From positions 352,001 through 416,000 of the forward strand of contig CAVVUN010000003.1 in NCBI GenBank assembly GCA_963751455.1: 64,000 nt of DNA, given 5' to 3'. Positions 9,798 to 18,433 of the stretch are shown piece after piece. The position numbers and the translations under genes are program-made. The notes under the pieces were generated by a model. It ran no database searches. It saw nothing but the letters and a program-made list of their open reading frames with translations, and had not been told where the DNA came from. Source of the DNA: Nitrospirota bacterium (GTDB lineage: Bacteria > Nitrospirota > UBA9217). Numbering within the stretch: the first letter of the stretch is position 1; each line of letters opens with the position of its first letter.

Positions 9798-9816
9798 AAA
9801 AGACTTGACCCTAAAG

Positions 9817-10059
9817 ATTTCTTTTCGCATCGGCGTCATAGCATACAACCTGTTTCTCGGGTTTCGGTGCCTTGCCTGTCCGTCCTCGTGGGGCCGCTAC
9901 ACGATGGCGACATTCCGGTGGAAACTGATCCAGCTGGCTGGCAAGATCGTCCATCATGCCGGTCAGATCATTCTGAAACTCACGGCGGAGACGGACCTGC
10001 TTTTGTTCATTCAGGGCATACGGCAGCGTTGCTATGAGGAGAGTTTGGCAACGACCTGA
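9817..10059 (+). pseudogene. IS1380-family transposase C-terminal remnant
   Basis: FRIGVIAYNLFLGF...TFRWKLIQLAGKIVHHAGQIILKL resembles the IS1380 DDE C-terminus; no N-terminus. Confidence 0.7.
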
Positions 10060-10339
10060 TACCTGTTTCGAGGATCGGAAAGGGACGGAAAATAACGCGG
10101 CGGGGGGAAGACTGTCTCCAGTCGCGCATGGCGCATGTTCGGATAGCCGTAGCCGCCATCCGATGGAGCATGCTGTCGACAAAGTAGCCTCACTGTAGGA
10201 TGGCAGCTGAAAAAAACCGCTGTTTGTCCTCTCGGCGCAACGTGATCAGATTTCTATCGCTGTGCTTGGGCCCAACACTTGACTTGTCCTGGAATGTGGC
10301 TTATTATAGCTATGGATGTCCACATTATAAGGAGGGGCT

Positions 10340-10573
10340 ATGAGAACCATACAAATGACCTTAGATGATGAATTAGTTGCAACAGTTGACCAGATCGTCA
10401 AAAAGTTAAAAACAACCCGATCTGCTTTTACACGCAAGGCATTAAGGAATGCCGTCAAACAGGTCAATGTCAACCAGCTCGAAAAAAAGCACAAAAAAGG
10501 ATACGGGCAGCACCCTGCCGACAAAACTGAATTTACCGTCTGGGAGTCAGAGCAAGAATGGGGTGATTTATGA
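10340..10573 (+). CDS. CopG/ribbon-helix-helix antitoxin
   Basis: MRTIQMTLDDEL...TRSAFTRKAL; own promoter TTGACT-N17-TATTAT at ~10279; overlaps toxin. Confidence 0.85.
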   Translation: MRTIQMTLDDELVATVDQIVKKLKTTRSAFTRKALRNAVKQVNVNQLEKKHKKGYGQHPADKTEFTVWESEQEWGDL

Positions 10574-10881
10574 AGCGGGGTGAGGTGCGATGGTATAAGT
10601 TCAAGCATCCTGATAAAAAAAGTCCGGTAGTTATTTTAACAAGAAATTCAATCTTGGAATACTTGGGTGAAGTTACTATCGCGCCTGTAACTTCGACAAT
10701 AAGAGATATTCCCAGCGAAGTGCTTCTGTCTCGCTTAGATGGCATGCATAATGATTGTGCCATTAATTGTGACCACATACAAACGGTGTCAAAATCAAAC
10801 GTCGGATCGATGATCACCTCCTTATCAAAAGAAAAGCTAAGCGAAGTTCGTGACGCTATCAATTTTGCCTTGAATCTCTAA
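10570..10881 (+). CDS. mazF: MazF/PemK-family toxin
   Basis: MKRGEVRW...DKKSPVVILTR...IAPVTSTIR...CDHIQTV (the usual K-R-P Arg appears as Ser). Confidence 0.85.
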   Translation: MKRGEVRWYKFKHPDKKSPVVILTRNSILEYLGEVTIAPVTSTIRDIPSEVLLSRLDGMHNDCAINCDHIQTVSKSNVGSMITSLSKEKLSEVRDAINFALNL

Positions 10882-10890
10882 TTTCGCATT

Positions 10891-10950
10891 GCACTACCAA
10901 CGGCTCGACACCGTCCGGGTTTCGCCCGGCGGGTCAGCCGCGTGTTGTAC
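10891..10950 (+). other. attC site (degenerate R'' box)
   Basis: GCACTAC-caacg-gctcgac...gtcagc-cgcgt-GTTGTAC; same architecture as 7560 site. Confidence 0.75.
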
Positions 10951-11149
10951 AAGCTCCAGGCAGAGGAGATTTATATTTTCTATTATCAGACGTAAACTAT
11001 TTCCGGAGGAAATCTTATGGCTGTATTTTTCTGGATCACAGATTTGTTGACCCCAGTGATCATTACCATCTCTCGCGGGCGTACAAATGCACTTGACGGT
11101 AGTGCTCTATGCGGGTAAACTGTCTTAAAGCCCGAAAGGGGGTGATCCA

Positions 11150-11425
11150 ATGACCAAGCTCATTATAGAGTCGGACGATACATGGACACGCGAGAAAATT
11201 AAGTTCGCTATTGATACTGAAATCCATCTTTTGAAAAAGGCTGCCGATAAAATCCAGGAAAAAATTAACGGCTTTGAGAAAGCGTATGGCCCGTTAGATC
11301 GAGACAAACTCTATGGCAAACTGAGCGACATGGTTCTTGTGGAGTGGGAAGGAGAAATAGAATCGCTCAGGCGGGTGCGGCACAAATTGAAATCCTTGGA
11401 GGAGATCAATTTTGAGTATCGATAG
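11150..11425 (+). CDS. Putative antitoxin-like protein
   Basis: 91 aa, FEKAYG...DMVLVEWEGE; coupled to DUF6516-like gene; own promoter TTGACG-N17-TAAACT. Confidence 0.65.
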   Translation: MTKLIIESDDTWTREKIKFAIDTEIHLLKKAADKIQEKINGFEKAYGPLDRDKLYGKLSDMVLVEWEGEIESLRRVRHKLKSLEEINFEYR

Positions 11426-11798
11426 CTATGTCGCCGACTTTGAACGGCGCATCGCCCAAACTCCCCTCATTTCTTCCTATAACCTCACTATTGATAGAAA
11501 AACATCGGATCTTGCTTATATCTTTGGTACACTGGACTTACGCAACGGCGTCACGGTAGATTTCAAAGAGTATATCGAAGACACCGGTGATAGAAACCAG
11601 AAGTTCATGTACGGATATAACGTTCGGCAGGACGCAAATATACTGTTCCGCTACGACAATTCCCCGGACCCAAAGACGCGGAAGCTCGCTTCGTTTCCTC
11701 ACCATAAACACACGAAAAACGGTGAAGTCATCGCGTCGGCCGAGGTTGACCTTTTCACTGTGATCGACGAAATAGAAAAAGTAATTGAGCCTGAGTAA
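11412..11798 (+). CDS. DUF6516 (TumE-like) putative toxin
   Basis: YGYN...LFRYDNSPD...FPHHKH motif. Confidence 0.7.
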   Translation: MSIDSYVADFERRIAQTPLISSYNLTIDRKTSDLAYIFGTLDLRNGVTVDFKEYIEDTGDRNQKFMYGYNVRQDANILFRYDNSPDPKTRKLASFPHHKHTKNGEVIASAEVDLFTVIDEIEKVIEPE

Positions 11799-11837
11799 AG
11801 CCTAAATAACTGAATCTGCGCGATCACGTCACAATGA

Positions 11838-11895
11838 TTCCAACCATCGGCTCGAGAGGGTCGCAAAAACCGCGCTCCTCAGCCGGCCGTTAAAG
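11838..11895 (+). other. attC recombination site
   Basis: TTCCAAC-catcg-gctcgag...ctcagc-cggcc-GTTAAAG. Confidence 0.85.
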
Positions 11896-11907
11896 GAGAG
11901 CCTGTCT

Positions 11908-12255
11908 ATGAAAGAGATTGTTTCAAATCCCAATTTGGCAGCCTATTGCGGTCTCTATTGCGGCGCATGCAGGAAATATCTGAACGAGAAGTGCCCGGGA
12001 TGTCACGAGAACAAGCGTGCTACCTGGTGTAAAATCAGGTCATGCTGCACGGAAAATCACTTCTCCTCCTGTGCCGACTGTAAACAATTTCAAGACCCAG
12101 TGGAATGCAGGAAATTCAACAACGTTATTTCAAAGATATTCGGATTGATATTTCGATCGGATCGAGCGGCATGCATTACCCAGATTCGAGCAATCGGCGT
12201 GCAAGGCCATGCGGATAAAATGACAAACCTCAAACAGCACACTATCCGGAAATAG
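11908..12255 (+). CDS. DUF3795-like cysteine-rich protein
   Basis: AYCGLYCGAC...CPGC...WCKIRSCC...CADC; starts just after attC. Confidence 0.8.
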   Translation: MKEIVSNPNLAAYCGLYCGACRKYLNEKCPGCHENKRATWCKIRSCCTENHFSSCADCKQFQDPVECRKFNNVISKIFGLIFRSDRAACITQIRAIGVQGHADKMTNLKQHTIRK

Positions 12256-12293
12256 AGTAGTATACTTTATCAGGAAATAGCTGGAGGAAGTCC

Positions 12294-12467
12294 ATGAAAA
12301 AAGATATCTGCAGCGGGGACCATGCCTGCCATCTTTGCATGCTGGCGAGCAAGGAATTGTTCGATGAAATTAAAAAAATTACGAAGAACCCGAAATATAT
12401 CTGCTTTAACTGCGGCCGCGTCGCAGACTCTCAAAAGAACCTCTGCAATCCGATGCCTCTTGACTAA
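12294..12467 (+). CDS. Small 57-aa Cys/His-rich putative metal-binding protein (not in ORF track)
   Basis: MKKDICSGDHACHLCMLASKELFDEIKKITKNPKYICFNCGRVADSQKNLCNPMPLD; RBS GGAGG. Confidence 0.7.
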   Translation: MKKDICSGDHACHLCMLASKELFDEIKKITKNPKYICFNCGRVADSQKNLCNPMPLD

Positions 12468-12613
12468 AAGACGGCTGGAAAGAATATTTCCACTATTCCA
12501 GTTTGCGGCGTTTTTACTTGAGCTATACTAATTCCAAGCGGTATATACGTCTCGTACCAAAGACGTCTCTTTTTTCGATAAGCTTATGTCGGCTATCAGC
12601 GAGGGACTTCATC

Positions 12614-13735
12614 ATGAGCGGCCGTATACTTCAAACTCATCGTCCAAGACTCTTTTCCTTGCTTCTCTCATTCCTCCTCCTGACGCTATTCTTTTTCTCC
12701 TGCCACGGTGACGGGCACAGACGGAGAACCGTGCAAACGGTTAAAAACCTGACTGTCGGTGTTCCGGTACCGGACGCAGTATCCTTCAACAGTTTCAAGG
12801 ATTATTCTGTTTCAACGATTCCCGACCAGCTTTACAAAATAAGCGTAACCGGGCGGACCGACACCGCGGTCCTGACATTTTACGGCACGGACGCCTCCTT
12901 TAACACTCCTGGGCAGTGCGCTATTGACAATACAAACCTTGCAGATACATCAGCCGAAGATTGTATCGTTTTTGCACCTGCTGATGTTCTCTATTTTTCC
13001 GTTGATGGAGTATCTCTGAGCAGCTCGTCAGCATCGTACACGATCGCCGTGGATGCTCTTGCAACAACAAATCTTAATCAATCTATACCATCCAGCGATA
13101 CGATTACACAAACAGGCGCAGGTGTCTACTCGGTGCCCAGTTCAGCGGGTTCTCATTATACGATCGGCGTGACAGGCTTGGATAACGATGTTGACCTCTA
13201 CGTCTTCGACGACGCGTGTGTACCGAACAACACCCTGTTTACTGAGACGACGCCGGAGGATTGTACAGTGACAGCCGGAGGAAGTTCATTATTTTTCGTT
13301 GTCGATGGTATATTCAGCTCGAGCGCCACTGTTCGCTATACCGCTGTCGCTACTGCAGCTCCGGTTGTGCCGGCTCCATCGAACCAGGGATCGGCTCTTT
13401 CTCCTGTTTTACTCTCTGGTAATACGCCCATTGTGGGCCAGGTAGCTTCCGGTCCAACAGGTTCAAGTTTTTATTCCGTTACCGGCTTAAATTCAGGCTC
13501 TCGATATACTGTCAGCATTCTCGGCCTGACCAATGACGCGGACCTTACCGTGTTCGGCAGTGATAATACGTTTACCAATCCTGCTGCCTGCCTGATAGAC
13601 AATACTTTTTTTATCGGTACTACTCCTGAAGCCTGCACCGTCACAGTTACTGGCAGCACGCTTTATTATTCAGTGACCGGTATAGCAACGAGCGGCGGGG
13701 TGGCCTTTATAAATTTGACCGTTCCCGGTCCATAA
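12614..13735 (+). CDS. Putative lipoprotein with three repeated PPC-like beta domains
   Basis: Hydrophobic signal ending FFFSC; three repeats of YxIxVxG..D.DL....C..(D/N)NT....EDC/EAC; Ser/Thr-rich. Confidence 0.65.
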   Translation: MSGRILQTHRPRLFSLLLSFLLLTLFFFSCHGDGHRRRTVQTVKNLTVGVPVPDAVSFNSFKDYSVSTIPDQLYKISVTGRTDTAVLTFYGTDASFNTPGQCAIDNTNLADTSAEDCIVFAPADVLYFSVDGVSLSSSSASYTIAVDALATTNLNQSIPSSDTITQTGAGVYSVPSSAGSHYTIGVTGLDNDVDLYVFDDACVPNNTLFTETTPEDCTVTAGGSSLFFVVDGIFSSSATVRYTAVATAAPVVPAPSNQGSALSPVLLSGNTPIVGQVASGPTGSSFYSVTGLNSGSRYTVSILGLTNDADLTVFGSDNTFTNPAACLIDNTFFIGTTPEACTVTVTGSTLYYSVTGIATSGGVAFINLTVPGP

Positions 13736-13739
13736 GGTG

Positions 13740-13776
13740 TCCTCTCCCCTGCGGGGAGAGGGTTGGGTGAGGGGGT
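13740..13776 (+). repeat. REP-like CCTCTCCC-GGGAGAGGG hairpin repeat (copy 2)
   Basis: tcctctcccctgcggggagagggttgggtgagggggt between convergent genes. Confidence 0.7.
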
Positions 13777-13780
13777 GACG

Positions 13781-14524
13781 TCAATCAATCGATACTACAA
13801 AACTGCCAGGATATCCATCTTCATCGTATTTTTTTTCTCCGTCTTCTGCCGCTTTCAGTGAAGAATATTTGCCGGCATATACCCTGTAAAATATATCTCC
13901 GTTGACGCTTGTGCGACGGATTTCAGAAAAACCTGCGTTTTTCTTCATCATCCCGGACAATCGCTGTGCGTTCGCCTTGTCTTTGAAGGACCCGACCTGT
14001 ACGGTGTAATTGCCGCTGTCATAGCTGCCAGGCGAGGAATAAAGCTCTTTCCCTCCGTCCTGCCTGTATCCCAATGCTTCAATTCTTACCGGCGCTGTTC
14101 CGGCGCCATCGACGCCCAGTTTCTTTGCCGCCGCTAAAGAAAGGTCTATGATCCTTCCTTTCACGAAAGGGCCGCGATCGTTCAGCCGGACTATGGCTTC
14201 CCTGCCGTTCTCTCTATTATATACCTTCACAAACACTCCGAGCGGAAGCGTCTTATGCGCTGCGGTCATAGCGTTCATATCGTAGCGCTCGCCGTTGCTC
14301 GTTTTTTTACCATGAAAGTCCCTGCCGTACCAGCTCGCTATCCCTGTTTGCGAGAAACCTTCGTGGCTCGGCACCGGTTCATACCGCTCCCCGAACACGG
14401 TATACGGCCGCTGGGATGCTTTTTTATTATTGCCGGCGTCCGGATATTTTGAGTAGGTCGATTTTGCAGCGCAACCGGTTACGAGCACCGAGCAGCAGAT
14501 AAGAAGGAAAAATGATTTCAACAT
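13781..14524 (-). CDS. rlpA: Septal ring lytic transglycosylase RlpA with SPOR domain
   Basis: Lipobox VTGC; GIASWYG, TAAHKTLP, NDRGPF, RIIDLS; C-terminal VQVGSF SPOR domain. Confidence 0.93.
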   Translation of the reverse strand: MLKSFFLLICCSVLVTGCAAKSTYSKYPDAGNNKKASQRPYTVFGERYEPVPSHEGFSQTGIASWYGRDFHGKKTSNGERYDMNAMTAAHKTLPLGVFVKVYNRENGREAIVRLNDRGPFVKGRIIDLSLAAAKKLGVDGAGTAPVRIEALGYRQDGGKELYSSPGSYDSGNYTVQVGSFKDKANAQRLSGMMKKNAGFSEIRRTSVNGDIFYRVYAGKYSSLKAAEDGEKKYDEDGYPGSFVVSID

Positions 14525-14671
14525 TGCCGCTATTCCCCTTTTTCTACCGTTCTTATGGTCGTCATAGAGGCTAAAACTTTTTGGGGTTCCAGAATGGCGA
14601 TGGCAATGCTATAATACTAAATTATCAGCAAGAAGAGCAACTGTAAACTTACGGAGAGGGGCGATTGATTT

Positions 14672-14977
14672 ATGATCAAACACATTGTGCTATGGAAACT
14701 GAAAGCGCAAGCCGAAGGCGCAACCAAGGAACAGAACATTGCCATAATGAAGCGTGAGCTCGAGGCATTGAAGAAGAAAATAGGCCAGATCCGTCACCTC
14801 GAGGTAGGAAAAAATATTTTTCCTTCAGACGCAGCGTACGACGTGGCCTTGTACTCGGAGTTTAAAAACGAGCAGGACCTCGATATCTATCAAAAACATC
14901 CGGAACATCTCAAGATTGCGGACTTTGTCGCGAAGATCAGGGAGAGCAGGGTGGTTGTGGATTATGTCGTAGACTAG
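14672..14977 (+). CDS. Dabb (stress-responsive A/B barrel) family protein
   Basis: MIKHIVLWKLK...YQKHPEH...VVDY. Confidence 0.88.
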   Translation: MIKHIVLWKLKAQAEGATKEQNIAIMKRELEALKKKIGQIRHLEVGKNIFPSDAAYDVALYSEFKNEQDLDIYQKHPEHLKIADFVAKIRESRVVVDYVVD

Positions 14978-15147
14978 CACCCTGTAAAGGTAGTTCTTGA
15001 TGGTGTATTGCGCCTCTATTTTCCGTCACCCCGGCATGACTTTAGCCGGGGTCCAGAGGTTTGAATCGAAATTTCCCTGGATTCCGGCTTAAAACGTGCC
15101 GGAATGACGGCGTTGCACCATTAACAACTAATTTTATGGAGTACTAG
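14974..15147. mobile_element. MITE-like element with CTAG at both ends and an internal REP pair
   Basis: Imperfect ~40-bp terminal inverted repeats; inner ccgtcaccccggc...gccggggtccag / ctggattccggc...gccggaatgacgg. Confidence 0.65.
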
Positions 15148-15166
15148 CAGCACTCGTTGTGGCTTA

Positions 15167-16105
15167 CTATGCTGTCAACCCGTCGCTGTAATGGTCCGCT
15201 TCGGGATGGACTCGGTCTATAATATCGCGAAAAAAGATGCTCTCCTGGGCTAGTTCCGTTCCGATATAGCCCATTTTTTTTAAAACAGGGACGAACTTCA
15301 TTGTCGCTGCGATGTACGCGCCGGTAAGCTTGGCGCAGTATCGTGGCGATATACGGAACGTATCCATTACAAAATCTTTGTCTACAACACCGACAAACGC
15401 TGCAATAACCTCGGCAGCGTCTTTGGGCCTTTCCCTCATAAACGCCGCTGCCTCTTCATGAATACGGAGAAAGCGTTCGACGGCGTCCGGTTGCTTCGTT
15501 AAAAAATCGCGGTGAGCAACAATTCCGTAACTCGGATTATCCGGCCAGAGCTTCGAAGGCGGATAGAGGATTTTCCCTCCTGCATACCGCTGCACTGCGA
15601 CTGCAAGCGCGGGAGTGCCGAACGCAGCTGAAACCTCTCCGCTTACGATTGCCTCCAGGACCTGGTCGGCCCATGCGAAGTTTACGATCGCAATTTCACG
15701 CCCCAGACCATGGCGCTCCAGACAGTCCTTCAGAATAACATCATGGATGGATCCGGTACCGGGAACGCCTATTTTATGCCCTCGGAACTGATCAAGTACA
15801 GCGGCCAGATCATCGGTTTCCGGAAATCCCATCCACTCTGACTTTCCGGTCATCACGGTACCCTCCATATGTCCGCCTGCGACACAGCTGACCCTGGCTC
15901 CCCGATCGATGCCTATGATGGCGGGAGGAAGACCTATATAGGCAAGATCAAGCTCTCCGTTCCTGAAAGCCTTCATGATCGCAGGGCCTGTACCCATGAG
16001 TCTCCATTCGATGCCGGCGTTGATCCTGTTCTCCATCACGCCCTGTGCCATCAGAAGAATAGCTGTGTGGTAAAACGTCGATAGATGCCCTATCCTGATT
16101 TTCAT
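15167..16105 (-). CDS. SsuA/TauA/NMT1-family solute-binding-fold protein, orphan, no evident signal peptide
   Basis: GPAIMKAFRNGELDLAYIGLPPAI, KIGVPGTGSIHD; N-terminus MKIRIGHLS. Confidence 0.8.
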   Translation of the reverse strand: MKIRIGHLSTFYHTAILLMAQGVMENRINAGIEWRLMGTGPAIMKAFRNGELDLAYIGLPPAIIGIDRGARVSCVAGGHMEGTVMTGKSEWMGFPETDDLAAVLDQFRGHKIGVPGTGSIHDVILKDCLERHGLGREIAIVNFAWADQVLEAIVSGEVSAAFGTPALAVAVQRYAGGKILYPPSKLWPDNPSYGIVAHRDFLTKQPDAVERFLRIHEEAAAFMRERPKDAAEVIAAFVGVVDKDFVMDTFRISPRYCAKLTGAYIAATMKFVPVLKKMGYIGTELAQESIFFRDIIDRVHPEADHYSDGLTA

Positions 16106-16272
16106 AGGCCGCCTGCTCCCACATCATACAATCTTAAAATCCATAATAGTCGTCATCGTCTTTCGAGTCAAGATCAGAGTGGCTTCGATTACTCAAGCCG
16201 GGCAGCCCCATAACAATTCCATGCTTAATCCGCAATTGAATTCTTCCGGTGCAGTGTGTTAATATTAGTCAT

Positions 16273-18270
16273 ATGAAAATTATGCTCGACAAGGAAGTAT
16301 CCGACCTGCTCCGGACGCTCGATGTGCTTAACCTGCCGGCTTTTATCGTTGACAGGCACTGGATCGTCCTTTCTTGTAACGACCGGGCGAATTATTTTCT
16401 CGAGCATGACCGGTCGGACGTGATTGGCAGAAATCTGGACAAATTCATTTCGTTCGACCATAGCCCCCGGGAGGCGCACCTCAACTTTCATCCGGCTCCC
16501 GATGGGGAAGCTTCCTCTTCCATTCGCTCTTTTTGCTTTCGGAAAAACAGCGGACCGATCGTGACCCGGATCGCGGTAATTCGCAATCACAGGCCGGACA
16601 GGACCGTAGTGGTTATTCGGGACATCGTGTCCCAAAAGCCGGCAACCGAGCCGCACTCTCCTTCGGCCGCAATTTCAAATCGGGATTCTCAGGGCGAGCT
16701 GATCAACGAGCTGAGCAGTATCATTAATTCCAGCCTCAGCATCGGGACGATCTTCCGGATGGTGGTTTCCGAATTAAGAAAGATCATAAACTACAGCAGG
16801 GCAAGTCTGCTTCTATTTAACGAGAACGATGACAATCTCCTGATTTTCGCCCTTGATACCGAAATGAAGACGGTCATGAAAAAGGGCGTACGGGCGCCCA
16901 TCGAAGGAACGAGCGCGGGCTGGGTCGTACAAAACAACAAGCCGTGGATCAGCTACGATCTGAGCACGAGCTCCTTTCCCCTGGACAAGAAGCTTCTTTC
17001 CGAAGGCATTCATTCCACGATCAGCATTCCCCTTTTCCACGACCGCATGCTCGGCGTGTTCAATTTCGACAGCGCTGAGCCGTCGCAATATTCCGAAAAG
17101 GACCTTGATATTCTTCTGCCCGTCGCGAAACAGATTGCGATAGCCCTGGAAAACGCGCTCCTGTTCGAAGAGATTTCGAAAGAAAAAAAAGAGTGGGAGA
17201 AAACGTTCGACGCCATCACCGATATGGTATGGATCGAGGACGGGAGGCAGCAGGTGCTCAGGGCGAACCACACGCTGCTCATGAGGACCGGTTACTCAAA
17301 GGCCGAAATCACGAACAAACACTGCGCGCAGCTGCTGGACAAGATCGGGATAGTTGCAAGCGGGAAATGTCTGTGCTCAGAAACGCTTTCCAGCAAAAGA
17401 CCCTCTTTCCAGGAATTGAAGGGCAGCGGGATCTTCCATTTCTGGGCGTATCCTCTCATCGACGAAGAGGGGCGGCTCTATGCCATAGTCCACTATCTCA
17501 AGGACGTAACCGGCCAGAAACGTCTCGAGCATCAGCTGATCAGGTCCGACAAACTTGCGTCGCTCGGAACACTCGTCGCGGGAATAGCGCATGAGATCAA
17601 TAACCCGCTCGGAATCATCGCCGGCTATTCCGAAGCGCTGCTCGACCGCTCTACAGAAAAAGCGCTGAGCGGCTTGAAGGAGTTCGAGGACTTCCCTGGA
17701 TATCTTAAAACAATCCATAACGAGATCTTCCGATGCAAAATGATCCTCAAGAGCCTGCTCGAATTCGCACGTCCGTCAGGCGGCACCTTCCGCGAGATAG
17801 ACATCAACGAGCTGATAAAGGAAGTCCTGCTCCTTCTCAAACACCACACTGCGCGCCTCAAGCATACGCTTAATCTGGACCTGAACCGGGACATCCCGAA
17901 GATCCATGGAGATGCGGGAAGTCTCCGTCAGCTCATGATGAACCTGCTGCTCAATGCGATTTACTTTACTCCCGAAGGCGGGAGCATATTCATCAAGACT
18001 GAACCCGGCCATCTCGATGAAGAAGAAGATTCCATGGCTCTATCTTATAGCATAAGGCTTTCTGTCGGCGATACGGGGTCGGGCATATCTGGAGACATTG
18101 TGGACAAAATTTTCGATCCTTTCTTTACGACAAAGCCGGTAGGGGAGGGCACTGGTCTGGGCCTCACCATCTGCCATAAAATTGTGGAAGAACACGGCGG
18201 CTCGCTCGACGTCAAGAGCGAATCAGGCAAGGGCACTACTTTCATCATCACCTTGCCTACGTTTGGATGA
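16273..18270 (+). CDS. Cytoplasmic PAS-GAF-PAS sensor histidine kinase
   Basis: H-box AGIAHEINNPL; NLLLNA, DTGSGI, FDPFFTTK, GTGLGL; no TM helices; ATG at 16273. Confidence 0.92.
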   Translation: MKIMLDKEVSDLLRTLDVLNLPAFIVDRHWIVLSCNDRANYFLEHDRSDVIGRNLDKFISFDHSPREAHLNFHPAPDGEASSSIRSFCFRKNSGPIVTRIAVIRNHRPDRTVVVIRDIVSQKPATEPHSPSAAISNRDSQGELINELSSIINSSLSIGTIFRMVVSELRKIINYSRASLLLFNENDDNLLIFALDTEMKTVMKKGVRAPIEGTSAGWVVQNNKPWISYDLSTSSFPLDKKLLSEGIHSTISIPLFHDRMLGVFNFDSAEPSQYSEKDLDILLPVAKQIAIALENALLFEEISKEKKEWEKTFDAITDMVWIEDGRQQVLRANHTLLMRTGYSKAEITNKHCAQLLDKIGIVASGKCLCSETLSSKRPSFQELKGSGIFHFWAYPLIDEEGRLYAIVHYLKDVTGQKRLEHQLIRSDKLASLGTLVAGIAHEINNPLGIIAGYSEALLDRSTEKALSGLKEFEDFPGYLKTIHNEIFRCKMILKSLLEFARPSGGTFREIDINELIKEVLLLLKHHTARLKHTLNLDLNRDIPKIHGDAGSLRQLMMNLLLNAIYFTPEGGSIFIKTEPGHLDEEEDSMALSYSIRLSVGDTGSGISGDIVDKIFDPFFTTKPVGEGTGLGLTICHKIVEEHGGSLDVKSESGKGTTFIITLPTFG

Positions 18271-18433
18271 GCGCTCATAATGATGAACGTTTAATGAGAA
18301 AAGATTTACCACAGAGAACACAGAGGTAACTCATATTTCGTGACCTCTGTGGCTAAAACTATTTTTACAAATCTATGAGTAATGATACTCTTGTATGGCT
18401 TTGCGGCTTCATGTGAGGTAGGCCTGACAAACT

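Larger units (their letters stand above)
7721..9816 (+). mobile_element. RAYT/IS200-like transposase element bounded by perfect 19-bp inverted repeats; internally deleted and carrying a group II intron
   Basis: ctttagggtcaagtctttt (7721..7739) and aaaagacttgaccctaaag (9798..9816). Confidence 0.7.
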
